Shown in pieces: positions 1-11,500 of a stretch of DNA of 64,000 bases (position 1 is its first letter; each line of letters starts with the position of its first letter). Source of the DNA: Malacoraja senta (Eukaryota). The stretch is taken from assembly GCA_038087875.1 (NCBI GenBank), contig CM075992.1:3350001-3414000 (forward strand), read 5' to 3'. Made by a program: the position numbers and the translations under genes. Under the pieces are notes generated by a model. The model saw nothing but the letters and a program-made list of their open reading frames with translations, ran no database searches and was not told the origin of the DNA.

Positions 1-7
1 AGAAGAA

Positions 8-2125
8 TTGGCCTCCCTAATAAATCACTTGGTTTCCCATCAGCTGGAACAGCAGGAGATGGATGAGAATGCAAGAAAATATGAATTGAGTATGACTATG
101 AGAACTCAAGAATTGAAATTGCAGAGAATATTAAAGCTGCTGGGTTCTGCAATAACTGCTTTTGCCAGAATAGCGGATAAGAGCCAAGAGATGACGGAGT
201 TGCATCAGGAAGCACTGGGGTTGCTATGCAGCACCCACTTTGAGATCAATTGTCTGAGGAAAGGTGCTATACGGCCTACTATGAATCCGAAATTCGCAGC
301 ACTCTGCAAACCAAGTAATGTACAATTACCCAACTTACTCTTTGGAGAGGATCTCGGGAGACGTATTAAAGAGTTGGAAGATGAAGCGAAAACAGGATTG
401 ATGAAAACATCAATGGTTGTAAAGTCTGTAAAGAGGAAGTATCCTTTCAGACGTCATACAGATCCTGGACCAGGACCAAGTCGCTCATTAACGCAGGGAC
501 GTAGCTGGCAGCCTGCAGCGGGAGCAAGAACCAGTGGGGGTGCTTCCGGGAGAATCCAGGGATATCAGAGTACTCAAATGACTCAAGAGGTAGGTGGACC
601 TGGTTCTCATGGAAACATACTAACCGGATTAAGTCCAAAAATTGGAGGCAGATTACGTATCTTCTATAACAATTGGAAGAAGATTACGTCAGATGTGGTA
701 ATTCTGAATAGTATACATGGATTTCGAATCAAATTCAATCCAAATTATGATTTGCCTGTCCAGCATGTTCCTAGCAGAACTCTCCACTTTGCACAAAAAG
801 AAGTGATGGAGGTTCAAGCTGCGTTTCAAACCCTATATATAAAAGGCGTTATTGAAGAATCAGTCAACCAAATTCACCAATTTGTGTCAAATATATTCCC
901 TCGATCAAAAAAGGATGGAGGATGTAGGATTATTCTCGACTTGACAAGTCTGAATCCTTTTGTTTAATTTAAACATTTTAAAAGGGAGACATTTGTGACT
1001 GCCAAACAACTTATTTCAGAAGCATGTCATAAGGCAACTATAGATTTAAAAGATACATATTCAGTGTCTGTTTACTCGGAAGATAGGAAGTATCTTAAAT
1101 TTACATGGATGAACCAGTTATGGCAGTTCAAAGCTTTGCCTAATAGGTTAACGTCCGTTCCCAGAATATTCACAAAATTGTTAAAACCAATTCTGGGGTT
1201 GCTGAGAAGCCAGGGGCATGTACTAATGGCATACTTGGATGATGTCCTAATTATAGGAAGGACAAAACAGTCAACAGAAGCATCTGTTGCAGTTGTGAAA
1301 TCAACTTTTGAAAGTTTGGGGTTTCTAATTCATCCAAAGAAATCAAGGTTAACACCATGTACCTCGATTGATTATTTGGGGTTCACAATTGATTCAGTCC
1401 AAATGAAAATTACTTTGCCCAGTGAAAAAAGGGTGGAGTTGATTAAAGACTGCAGTAATCTGTTAAACGAGCAAAAACCCTCAATCAGACAGGTGGCTCG
1501 AGTACTGGGAAAATCAGTAGCAGCATTCCCAGCAGTCCAATACGGACCATTACATTATCAACAGCTGCAGAGAGTTAAAGAACAGGCACTGAGAATGCAT
1601 GCTGGTCATTTTGATAGAACCATGCAACTAACAACAAATGCTGTTTCTGATCTGCAGTGGTGGATTCTACATGTCTCAAGCAGTTCCAGCAAAGTGCTGA
1701 TTGAACAACCTTCCATGATAATACAAACTGATGCCAGTGCACTAGGATGGGGTGCAACTGACTTAGCATCTAGCTGTGGAGGCAGATGGAATCAGGAAGT
1801 CATATTGTTACCGCAGACATGGGGAGTTAACTATTTTGAGTTTTAGGATGTTTCTATGGACTCCAAGCTTATTCTAACACAACTAAAAGGCATGTTCAAG
1901 TTCAAATTGATAAACACAACAGCAGTGGCCTATATTAATGATATGGGTGGAATCAAGTTGGGGTCATGTGACAAAATGGCTAATCAACTTTGGTCTGGGT
2001 GTATTGAAAAGAACATTTGGATTTCAGCTATCTATCTACCAGGTAGAATGAACACGATAGCAGACACCAGGTCACGAAAGTTCCATGATAATAAGAATGG
2101 ATTTGAATCAAGAGGTATTCAATGA
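8..2125 (+). pseudogene. DIRS gag / RT / RNase H coding region (interrupted)
   Basis: ORFs 8-967 and 995-1846 are in the same frame, split by TAA at 965-967. Motifs FVSNIFPRSKKDGGCRIILDL, QFKALP, AYLDD, TDAS; a frameshift leads into 1856-2125 (NTTAVAYIN, HLPG-like YLPG). Confidence 0.85.
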
Positions 2126-2139
2126 TATAGTAATCAGAT

Positions 2140-2500
2140 GTGGAATGCCCGACATCGACTTGTTTGCATCTAGACTGAATCAGCTATCGAGATGTCTCAT
2201 GGGAATCAGATCCAGGAGCAGTGGCGATTGATGCTTTCTCGCTACATTGGGGTGGTATGTTTTCATATATATTTCCACTTTTCTGCCTTATAAGCCAATG
2301 TTTGCTTAAAATCAGGCAAGATGCTGCTTCAGGGGTATTGGTAGTACCAGATTGGCCTACACAGCCATGGTATCCGTTGATATTAGAATTAACAACACAA
2401 ATGTTGATGAAAGTCCCATAAAGGAGTAATTTATTGCTGCACCCTGTAACAGGGGAACAACCTCCATTATATGATCGTTTGGATTTGTTGATTTGCAGGT
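2140..2500 (+). pseudogene. DIRS DNA N6-adenine methyltransferase-like domain remnant
   Basis: Pieces read PDIDLFASRLN ... IDAFSLHW ... YIFPLF ... VVPDWPTQPWYP, typical of the DIRS1 MT domain downstream of RNase H. Confidence 0.7.
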
Positions 2501-3472
2501 TTTAAGAAGGCCTTTTCTGGGGCGAGGACTGTCTGAGCGTACTGTGGACATGCTTACGGCAGCCTGGAGGAAGAGCACTCAAAAACAGTACCTTTCTTAT
2601 ATTAAGAAATGGGAAGAGTTCTGTGTACAAAAGAATGTGCAATGTAGTATTGCAGATATTTCAAATGTTTAGAATTTCTGTCAAAACTTTATTATGATGA
2701 AGGTCTGAGTTGTAGTGCAATTAATTCAGCCTGAAGTGCATTGTCCTCGTATTTGGTTCTGGATTCAGAAAGAAACCCAATTGGGTCACACCTAATTGTT
2801 TCCAGACTAATGAAAGGAATCTTTAATTCCAAACCACCGAAACCTAGGTACATGACAATCTGGGATGTAAGTGTGGTACTGAAACTACTTTGTGAATGGT
2901 CACCAAGTGTGTCTTTACCTTTGGCCAAGCTCAGTATGAAAGTATTCATGCTTATGGCATGAGTGACAGCACAAGAAGTGCAAACACGTGGAAAATTACA
3001 AATAGACAGTATGGAAGTAACTGAAGACAAGGTTACATTCTATATCTATGACCTACTAAAGCAAATTAGGCCAGGTGTGACAGGATTTAAAATTATGCTA
3101 GCAGCATATCCAAATGATCCTTGTCTCTGTGTTAAGACATATTTGTTACAATACATTGAGGTCACAAAGAATTTGAGAAATACGGAAACTGGGTTGTTGA
3201 TCACACACAAGAAACCACACAAGAGAGTTTCAATACAGACTATTTCCAGATGGATAAAAGAAGTCTTAACAGCTGCTGGTATTAACACTTATGTTTTTAC
3301 GTCTCACTCGACTAGGGCAGCAGAAACGTCGGCGGCCAGGGCAAAAGACGTCCCCGTCGACCATATCCTCGCAGCCGCCGGGTGGTCCAATGAGTTGATG
3401 TTTCAACATTTTTACCATCGGCCTATTGTTAATGCGGGATTGTTTGCAGAAACTATTTTAAGTTCTGTGTAA
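2500..3472 (+). pseudogene. DIRS tyrosine recombinase (interrupted)
   Basis: ORFs 2741-2962 and 2963-3472; catalytic-region motifs TISRWIK, FTSHSTRAA, AAGWSN..FQHFY. Confidence 0.88.
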
Positions 3473-3674
3473 ATTCCTCTGGTTTAAAGGGGATCTGATT
3501 AATTTCATTATTGAAATGAATTACTGCATTTGTGGTACAAATGTTATTATGAATGCATGATTGATTATTCTCGTTCCGAGTCAATCAATGCAGTGAGAAG
3601 CCAGGATTGATCTACGGCATGAAATCACAAAGCTTTAAAATCTTCATGTAGTCACTCACGTGACTCCGAAGTAA

Positions 3675-3978
3675 AATAGTAAGATTAAACGAGAACTTAC
3701 CAGTTTGAAGTTTGATCTTTATTTTATGAGGAGTTACGTAGGTGATTACGTGCCCACCACGACTCTACCCTCTATCATAAAGGTCGGAAGTTCTTGTATT
3801 ACTCGTTTTATTATGAGACTATATTACTTCGGTTGTTGTTTTTTGTGATTTCACACCGCTGCTTTGAAGATTGACGCGCAGGCGCACTGGCGGGGTTCTT
3901 CACGTAATCACCTACGTAACTCCTCATAAAATAAAGATCAAACTTCAAACTGGTAAGTTCTCATTTAATCTTACTATT
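3675..3978. repeat. DIRS internal complementary region / terminal inverted repeat (78-bp arms 3675-3752 and 3901-3978)
   Basis: The two arms are reverse complements with one mismatch. Confidence 0.9.
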
Positions 3979-5471
3979 CTATCTGTGCTTCAGTGTGTGA
4001 CACATACCAGCTGGTTAATCTACAGTAGAAACAGTTGCAGATGGGGGCCTCTGTTGAATGTCTGGAAATACAATTTGCCAGAAGTCCCAGGTTGCTCCTA
4101 AGGAGTCACCTGATGTCTGATTTCCTTTCAGTGCGTTGCTATGCATTAGCCGGAACTGGACCATCTGGCCTTCTCTCTCACTGCTCGACTCTATCCTGAG
4201 CTGATGGCTTTACAGCAACATGCAAGGCAAATTAGGTCACCCACATGACTAAAATGTTGAGTGCAGATAAGTGATTTGGATTTTTTGTGTTCATTTTACT
4301 CAATCTGAATGTTTTAATTAATTTAATTAATTCTCCATTATGATTTTAAGTACATTTATTCTTCCAATTAAATAAATCCTGTTGAACTGTTTTAAAATGT
4401 CTCTGTTCATCTTAAGCATTTAAATAGATTTTAAAAGCCAGCTATGTCAGACCTACAAGAATCTATCCTTCAGAACACAGAACTCACTTCTATCTGGAGA
4501 TGTCGAGGTAAAAAGAATGGATCCATAATGTCGGAAATAAGCAAGTACAATTGCGAGAAAGGAATGTAGATCACAAAATGCTGGAGTAACTCAGCGGGAC
4601 AGGCAGCATCTCTGGAGAGAAGGAATGGGTGAATTTTCGGGTCAAGACCCTTCAGAATACAAGGTACTGATACAGATGAAACTGCGTTGGAGAAGGGTTC
4701 TGGAATAAAAAATCTGCCTTGATCACTTGTACTGCAAATTCTATTAAAAAAATTATAGCCAGTCAAGTTTGAAAGAATGATTGCAATAAACAGTCTGAAG
4801 AATGGTTCCATCACCTATTCATTTTCTCCAGAGATGCTGCCTGACCCGCTGATTTACTCCAACACTTTGTGTCTATCTTTGGTAGAAACCAGCATCTGCA
4901 GTTCCTTTCTGCACAATAAACTTGGGCTAGTTTCACACTTCCATATTCCAACCACCACTCCTATGTTAAAAGCATTGTTCAGCACAGCAGTCTGCTACAG
5001 ACATGTCAATTAATCCTCAAAGCTCCTGATGACTCGGTCAGGTTACGCAATAGGGAGCTTTATCCTTGAATGTTGGAAAGAATTATGATGCAGACTGTCT
5101 ACGAGTCATGTTTAAGGCCATGAGCCAGATTTTAACTTCAGGTGAGTCAAGGGTTATGAAGAGCATGTACGATTTGATGCACATTAGAAACAAGGTACAG
5201 CAGATGCTGGTTTACAAAGAACAAGATACTAAATGCTGAAGAAACTCAGTCGGTCAGGCAGCATCTCTGGAGAACATGGGCATGTGGTTTCAGGTCAGGA
5301 GTCCGAAGAAGGGACCCGACCCAAAACATCACCTTTCGATGTTCTTCAGAGATGCTGCCTGACCTGCTGAGTTACTCCAGCATTTTATGCCATTTTTAAA
5401 TAACACAGTAGGTTCTCAAGGCCATAAGATCACAGTTTGTCATTTATATAATAGTTTGGATTGGGTGTTAC

Positions 5472-5560
5472 CTGAAACAAGGCATTTTCTTTAAAAGGCT
5501 TCAGATTCTTTCCTCTCAAGTCAGTCACTACAAAGGGCAATGAGATCTTATCATCATATC
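5472..5560 (-). CDS. DCAF15: DCAF15 exon 8
   Basis: [29 protein letters not shown]; 89 nt. Confidence 0.94.
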
Positions 5561-8500
5561 CTGTGAGAAACAATAACTGTTTTAGTCTCCCACATACAAG
5601 GTACAGTTTTGTATAAGAGATGATGTTACTGAATCAGGAGGTCTGAAATAATGATTCCAAGATGCAGCCAGAGTTAAATTTGAAAGAAGGAATGCAATAA
5701 ACTTGGGCTTGTTTCACACTTCCATATTGCAAACAACGATCGTACCTCCCACGATGTTAAAAGCAGTGTTCAACACAGCACCTCAAGGCTCCTGGTGATA
5801 ACCAAGGCCCCCCCGCCAAGGCCTACAGGATACCAACCATTTCAATTCCCATTCCCGCACTGACCTTTCTGTCCTGGGCCTCCTCCTTTGCCAGAGTGAG
5901 ACCACACGCAAATTGGAGGAACAACACTTCATATTTTGGTGGGGTAGCTTACCACCTACTAGTATGAGCATTGAATTCTCTCACTTTAAGTAGCTTCTAC
6001 TTACGCTCCCTTTCTCTCTTGTCATTTTATCAGTTCCACAGTTCTCCACATTGTTCCCCTTTTGAGATCACACCGTCCCTTAACAGCAATGGGCCTACCA
6101 GGGCACCATCCTGCCTGAAGTCATTTGTGGCCAGCCTTGTTGGTCCTGTTCTTTTCTTGTCTGCAGCTCTGCAGTGAGGAACAGCACCGACTCCTCAAAT
6201 AAAGCAACTGAATCATCCTACCACAACTAGAGAGCAGTCCTGGTTTACTATCTACCTCATTGGAGACCCTCGAACTATCTATGATCGGACTTTACTGGCT
6301 TGCACTAAACATTATTCCCTTTATCATGTATCTGTACACCGTGAATGGCTCGATTGTAATCATGTGTTGTCTTTCTGCTGACTGGTTAGCACGCAACAAA
6401 AGCTTTTCACTGTACCTTGGTACACGTAAAACAATAAGCAAAACAAAGCCATAATGGATTTCACAAGATTACTTACCTTCATCATCTACCACCATGCCAG
6501 TGGGTTCCAAAACATAGTGCAGCTTTATGTAATTCACATAACCTGGGTCTGTCTGTGCAGTTTCCTGGTGCTGGGTGCTACAATCATCCGTTGTGCTCCA
6601 GTCATTCTGCACAAAACAACTTGTCCCTTCAATCCTTGCTTGAGCATCAGATGATGCACCATTGTCCAGGGTGGGCTTCCCATGGGTGGTACAAGTGCAC
6701 CCCAAAACAACTGAATGTGATTCCTTGGTACTTAAGGCATAACTACAAGTATCTGAAACACAACTAGAACACTGGATCGGTAATTTGGATTCACCGGAGG
6801 CGGAAGGAAGGGTTTCCGAAGTCTCGCTTCCTTGCGGATTAGGGATGTGGAGGCAGTCTCCCACAAGTTTCATTTGTAGGGCATCTTCCTTGCGCAGGTC
6901 TACGCTGCCCAACGGCTCCGGAGTACCGGTGGCAGCTCTCGCTCGTCTGAAGATGTCAGCTGCAAACTCCTTTGCTTTGTCCGCAGCAGACAGACGGTCG
7001 CAGTGGGCAGGGTTACACACTGCCAAAACGGCGTGCTTGCAGGCTTCATGTTCCCAGCTCAACGCTTCCTCCGAACAGTTTTCCGTGCGCGGGCAGTTGT
7101 CAGCATTGTCTTTGTGAGAGGCGGAGTCCAGGGTTCCTTGGCTGCATAAAGGGTGTTTTGTGCCTTCACAGTTATGAATAGACTTGGGACTGCACAATCC
7201 CGGTGAAATACAAGTCCTTGGATCCACCTCATGATCTCCTGGAGGCTCACCGTTTTCTCTGCTCTTGCCGTACAGAACTTGTTCATTTTTCCCTGTGAGT
7301 CACACAGAAAACAAAAGGTGTAAAATGGATCTGAATGGGAAGGAGTAGTTAAAGCAGTGCACATCTTCTCGATTAGTTTCAACACGTGAGCAAAATTTTA
7401 TGACCGGTTTGCTTTCTCTCCATCTTTCCTCTCTCACTAGGTTGCTTGCTGCAAGGAAATAGGCAAGGGCCTTCAGTCCTAACCTCAAATCTTTAGTTTC
7501 TCACCCATATCTCCTCATGCCACTGCAAGCTCAACTTGGTTTATACTCTCTAGAATTTAGGAGATTGAGAGGGGATCTTATAGAAACTTACAAAATTCTT
7601 AAGGGGTTGGACAGGCTAGATGCAGGAAGATTGCTCCCGATGTTGGGGAAGTCCAGGACAAGGGGTCACAGCTTAAGGATAAGGGGGAAATCCTTTAAAA
7701 CCGAGATGAGAAGAACTTTTTTCACACAGAGAGTGGTGAATCTCTGGAACTCTCTGCCACAGAGGGTAGTCGAGGCCAGTTCATTGGCTATATTTAAGAG
7801 GGAGTTAGATGTGGCTCTTGCGGCTAAAGGGATCAGAGGGTATGGAGAGAAGGCAGGTACGGGATACTGAGTTGGATGATCAGCCATGATCATATTGAAT
7901 GGCGGTGCAGGCTCGAAGGGCCGAATGGCCTACTCCTGCACCTAATTTCTATGTTTCTATGTTTATCCATGACAACAATGTTCTGTTTTTTCAACTTCAA
8001 TTCTCACTCATTCTTTCCACCTGACCTTCCTATTCGACCTATTCCTTGCCCTCATCTTCAAATATACTATCACCACACTCCCAAGAGTTAGTTTAGTTTA
8101 GAGATACAGAGTGGAAAGAGGCCCTTTGGCCCATTGCTTCCGCGCCGAGCAGAGATCACCCAGTACATTAGCACTATCCTACAAACTGGGAACAACTTAC
8201 AAAAGCCAATTAACCTACAAACCTGTACGTCTTTTCAGTGTGGGAGGAAACCGGAGCACCCGGGAGAAAACCCACTTGGTCACAGGGAGAACATACAAAC
8301 TTGGTGCAGACAGCACCCGTAGTCAGGATTGAACCCGGGTCTCTGGCACTATGAGGCAGCAACTCTACTGCTGTGCCACACTGCCTGAACAAAACAATGC
8401 CATAATTTTCCTGTAAAATTATCTTGCGCCTATTCCAGCCCCATACTATCTAGGTTCCCGTATGAACAATGACCATTTGGGCCATACCTGCTGTATTTAC

Positions 8501-11500
8501 AGATATTGCACATGCTACCAGAGAGTAGCTGGTGTTAAGTAACACTACTCCATCTTTCTTGAGCTGGAAAGCAGGCTGGAACGTGGGAAAGGGATACACC
8601 ACCTGGTACTTAGTGTGAAGCATGAAGCCGTGCTGCAGGCAATAGGCATTCTGCTCACCTGTAAAACATACAACATGCAAGTGAAATGCAATCATTTAAA
8701 CACTCAAAGACATATCTATAAATGCACACGCGCACGCACACACATACACACACAAAAAATGGTTTACATTCATACCTGTATTAAGCAAAGCCATATCTCT
8801 GCAGTCGGGACACAGCACAAATGGCGGTGTGGCAACAGTTGTGATATAAATATCTCTATCATTTTCATCACTCATAACCATATTTATCAGCAGATCATTT
8901 ACTGACCGAATGCTGTATTAAACAAAAAGATTGCATTTTAACTTTGTGGAGGGAAAGTAGATTTTAATTTTTTTTTTTAACACATCTCTCAAACACCCCC
9001 ACCCATCCCCCATAAATAACAGTCCCAATGATCAGAAGGGTGTCTCCCACATTTCTACCAGCCACAGGCATAAGGGAAATACAACACTATTACCTGGCTG
9101 CCTCCATTGGAAAGAACTAGATAGGGGAAATATTAAAAATAAACCCACCAGAAAAGCATGATGAAACTAAAAGTTAATGAATCATTCATCTCTTTTGGAT
9201 GGTTTCCATTCAGAAAGGGCACTGTGATAACTTCTTACTTAAAATGCAGTGACAGAGAAGTGAATAAACTGACTTAGTAATGGTTAGCAAATACACAAAT
9301 TTTGTGACAGGTTTTTACCTGAAGGATTTGAGCTCACACCCATCTCAATCAGAGTGAGAGATAGACTTACATTTTTATAGCAACTTTCAGGGCATCTCTA
9401 AGGACCTTACTGCCAACACGGTACTACAAATGTCACTGCTATAATGTAGGAAAAGTGACAGCATGTTTTTATTGACATTTCAGGCCAGGACCCTTCTTTC
9501 AATTGAGTCTATCCATTTTCTCCAGAAATGCTGCCTGACCCGCTGAGTTACTCCAGCATTTGGACTATCGTTGTATAAACCAGCATCTGCAGTCCCCTTT
9601 TATGACGTTATGATATGTATTTATTGTTGTATCTGTTATTATTGTGCATAGTGTGTAATCTGAGTTTCCTGAGAACGATTGATTTAATTGCACCCTGGTG
9701 TTTATGACAGTAAACTAATCTGAATCTGAATAACAATGTGGTTTGACTAAATCTGAAATAACAGAGCAGCCCACTCACTTCAAGAGTAATTAGGAATGAA
9801 CAATAAACGCCAACCTTGCCAGCAACATCCAAATCTTGTTCCAAGTTTACTCACTTGAATCCGAACACAATAAGCTTTGAGGGATCACTTGGCCATTCAC
9901 ACACAGTTAGATACAGGTCACTGTACACTTCCTGATCTTTGAAAAGAAGCACTTGCCTAACCTAAAATTCAATAAAGCAAAGAGAGTGAAATCAAACTTT
10001 AGTCGTCTTCTGCAGAGTAATTCAACTTGCACGTTTTTCTAAAAAAAACAACGAAAAAGTGAGTATATAATTAAGCACAGCCAATGTGTCCAAATGTGTG
10101 ACTGTGAGCAAATTGGAAATCACTCCCAGCCGGAGGATAACAAGTTTTTCCCTGCTTCCAGTATGGGATGTGTTAAACTGGTACTGTACAGGTAATCAAT
10201 GTGCCACAGCGAGTGACAGATGTACCACAATTGCATGCACGCAGGTATCTACACACACATTAACTCTATTACACTAATTTTACAATAGCAACAAAGCATG
10301 TTTTGCTGGGATGGATGGTGTCTGCTCTGGCTGGCACCAACCTCTATTGCTCCCAGTGCTGGTAAGTTGTGCAAACAGGCTAATGGCTGGCCTCCGCCAT
10401 TGCATATTGCACAGAGATTCACAGGCAGAATGTCACTTTGCTTTGCGACCTCAATCTCCGATACCCGTTACCTTCCAATTCTGACTTGTTGATCCCAAGT
10501 TTAGTCGCTCTATCATGTATATCTGATGTACAGAGGGATCTTGGGGTACAAGTCCATAACTCTGTGAAAGTGGCAATACAAGTGGATAGGTTGGTAAAAA
10601 AAGGTGTAGGGCATACCTGCCTTCATCGGTCATGGCATCAGAGTATAGAAGTGAGGAAATCATGTTGCAGCTTTATAAAACGTTGGTTAACCACATTCAG
10701 AGTATTTCAAGCAGTTTCACTTGCCACGTGGAAAGATGGAGGCTTTGGAGAGGGTGCAGATGAGGTTCATCGGAACGTTGCCTGAATTGCACCGCTACCT
10801 TTCCGTTCTTTCTTACATGACGTTGATAAAACCTGCCTATTTGATTATCTGTCCTCATGTCGTCTTATGTGACTTCCCAATATATTATATAAATCTGAGA
10901 GCTTTCTGTGTTAAAAAATAATAGACAAATGCAAGTCATTTCTAACCCAAAAAATTGACGGAATGGATCCCAACAGGAAGAGGAAAAAAAGTAAGATCCT
11001 TTCAGGGGTCACTGAGTTTGGTGTACTTTCTTCAAGAGTTACTCACCTTTTTCAACTTGTCATGGATGTTGAACTTCCACCAGTACAGGTAATACACATA
11101 GTAGGGTAATTCATCAAAGTCTTGCTCTGGCACATCTCTGGTGTAGGACAGTACATACCTACCACATTTTGTAAAACCAAGGAATATATGACTGTGGAAA
11201 CAGGAAAAAGAAATTCAAAAGAGACACATTTGTATTCCTCTTTGACTCTCATGTTGTACGAATGCTTGCTGACAGGAAATTTACTTACCCAGCTAGTAAA
11301 AAATCATCATCCACTATGTTTTTCAAGGGGACACAAAGAATGGGTGGCAAATTTTGAAACATTCGATGAGAAAACTGTCCAGTTATCTGTAATTAAAAAA
11401 TGAAACATGTAACATCCAACTGCAGCCATGCAAAATCAAAGCATGTGACAATGGGCATCTAATTATACAAATTTTAACTTCTGGTCTAATCATCTCCAGT

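Larger units (their letters stand above)
1..3978 (+). mobile_element. DIRS1-like tyrosine-recombinase retrotransposon, decayed, 5' end outside the window
   Basis: Domain order gag-like (8-~600), RT (YLDD), RNase H (IQTDASALGWGA), methyltransferase-like domain, tyrosine recombinase (HSTRAA...AGW...F..FY). A 78-bp inverted repeat lies at the 3' end. Several stops and frameshifts. Confidence 0.93.

Noticed and set aside
2963..3472. Phage-like integrase suggesting bacterial contamination or a prophage
   Set aside because: It is the tyrosine recombinase of a DIRS retrotransposon, collinear with RT and RNase H.
4470..4814. ORF as a possible DCAF15 exon 9
   Set aside because: No resemblance to the expected GQYLTVEQLTLDFEYVINE segment, and it is partly repeat-derived.
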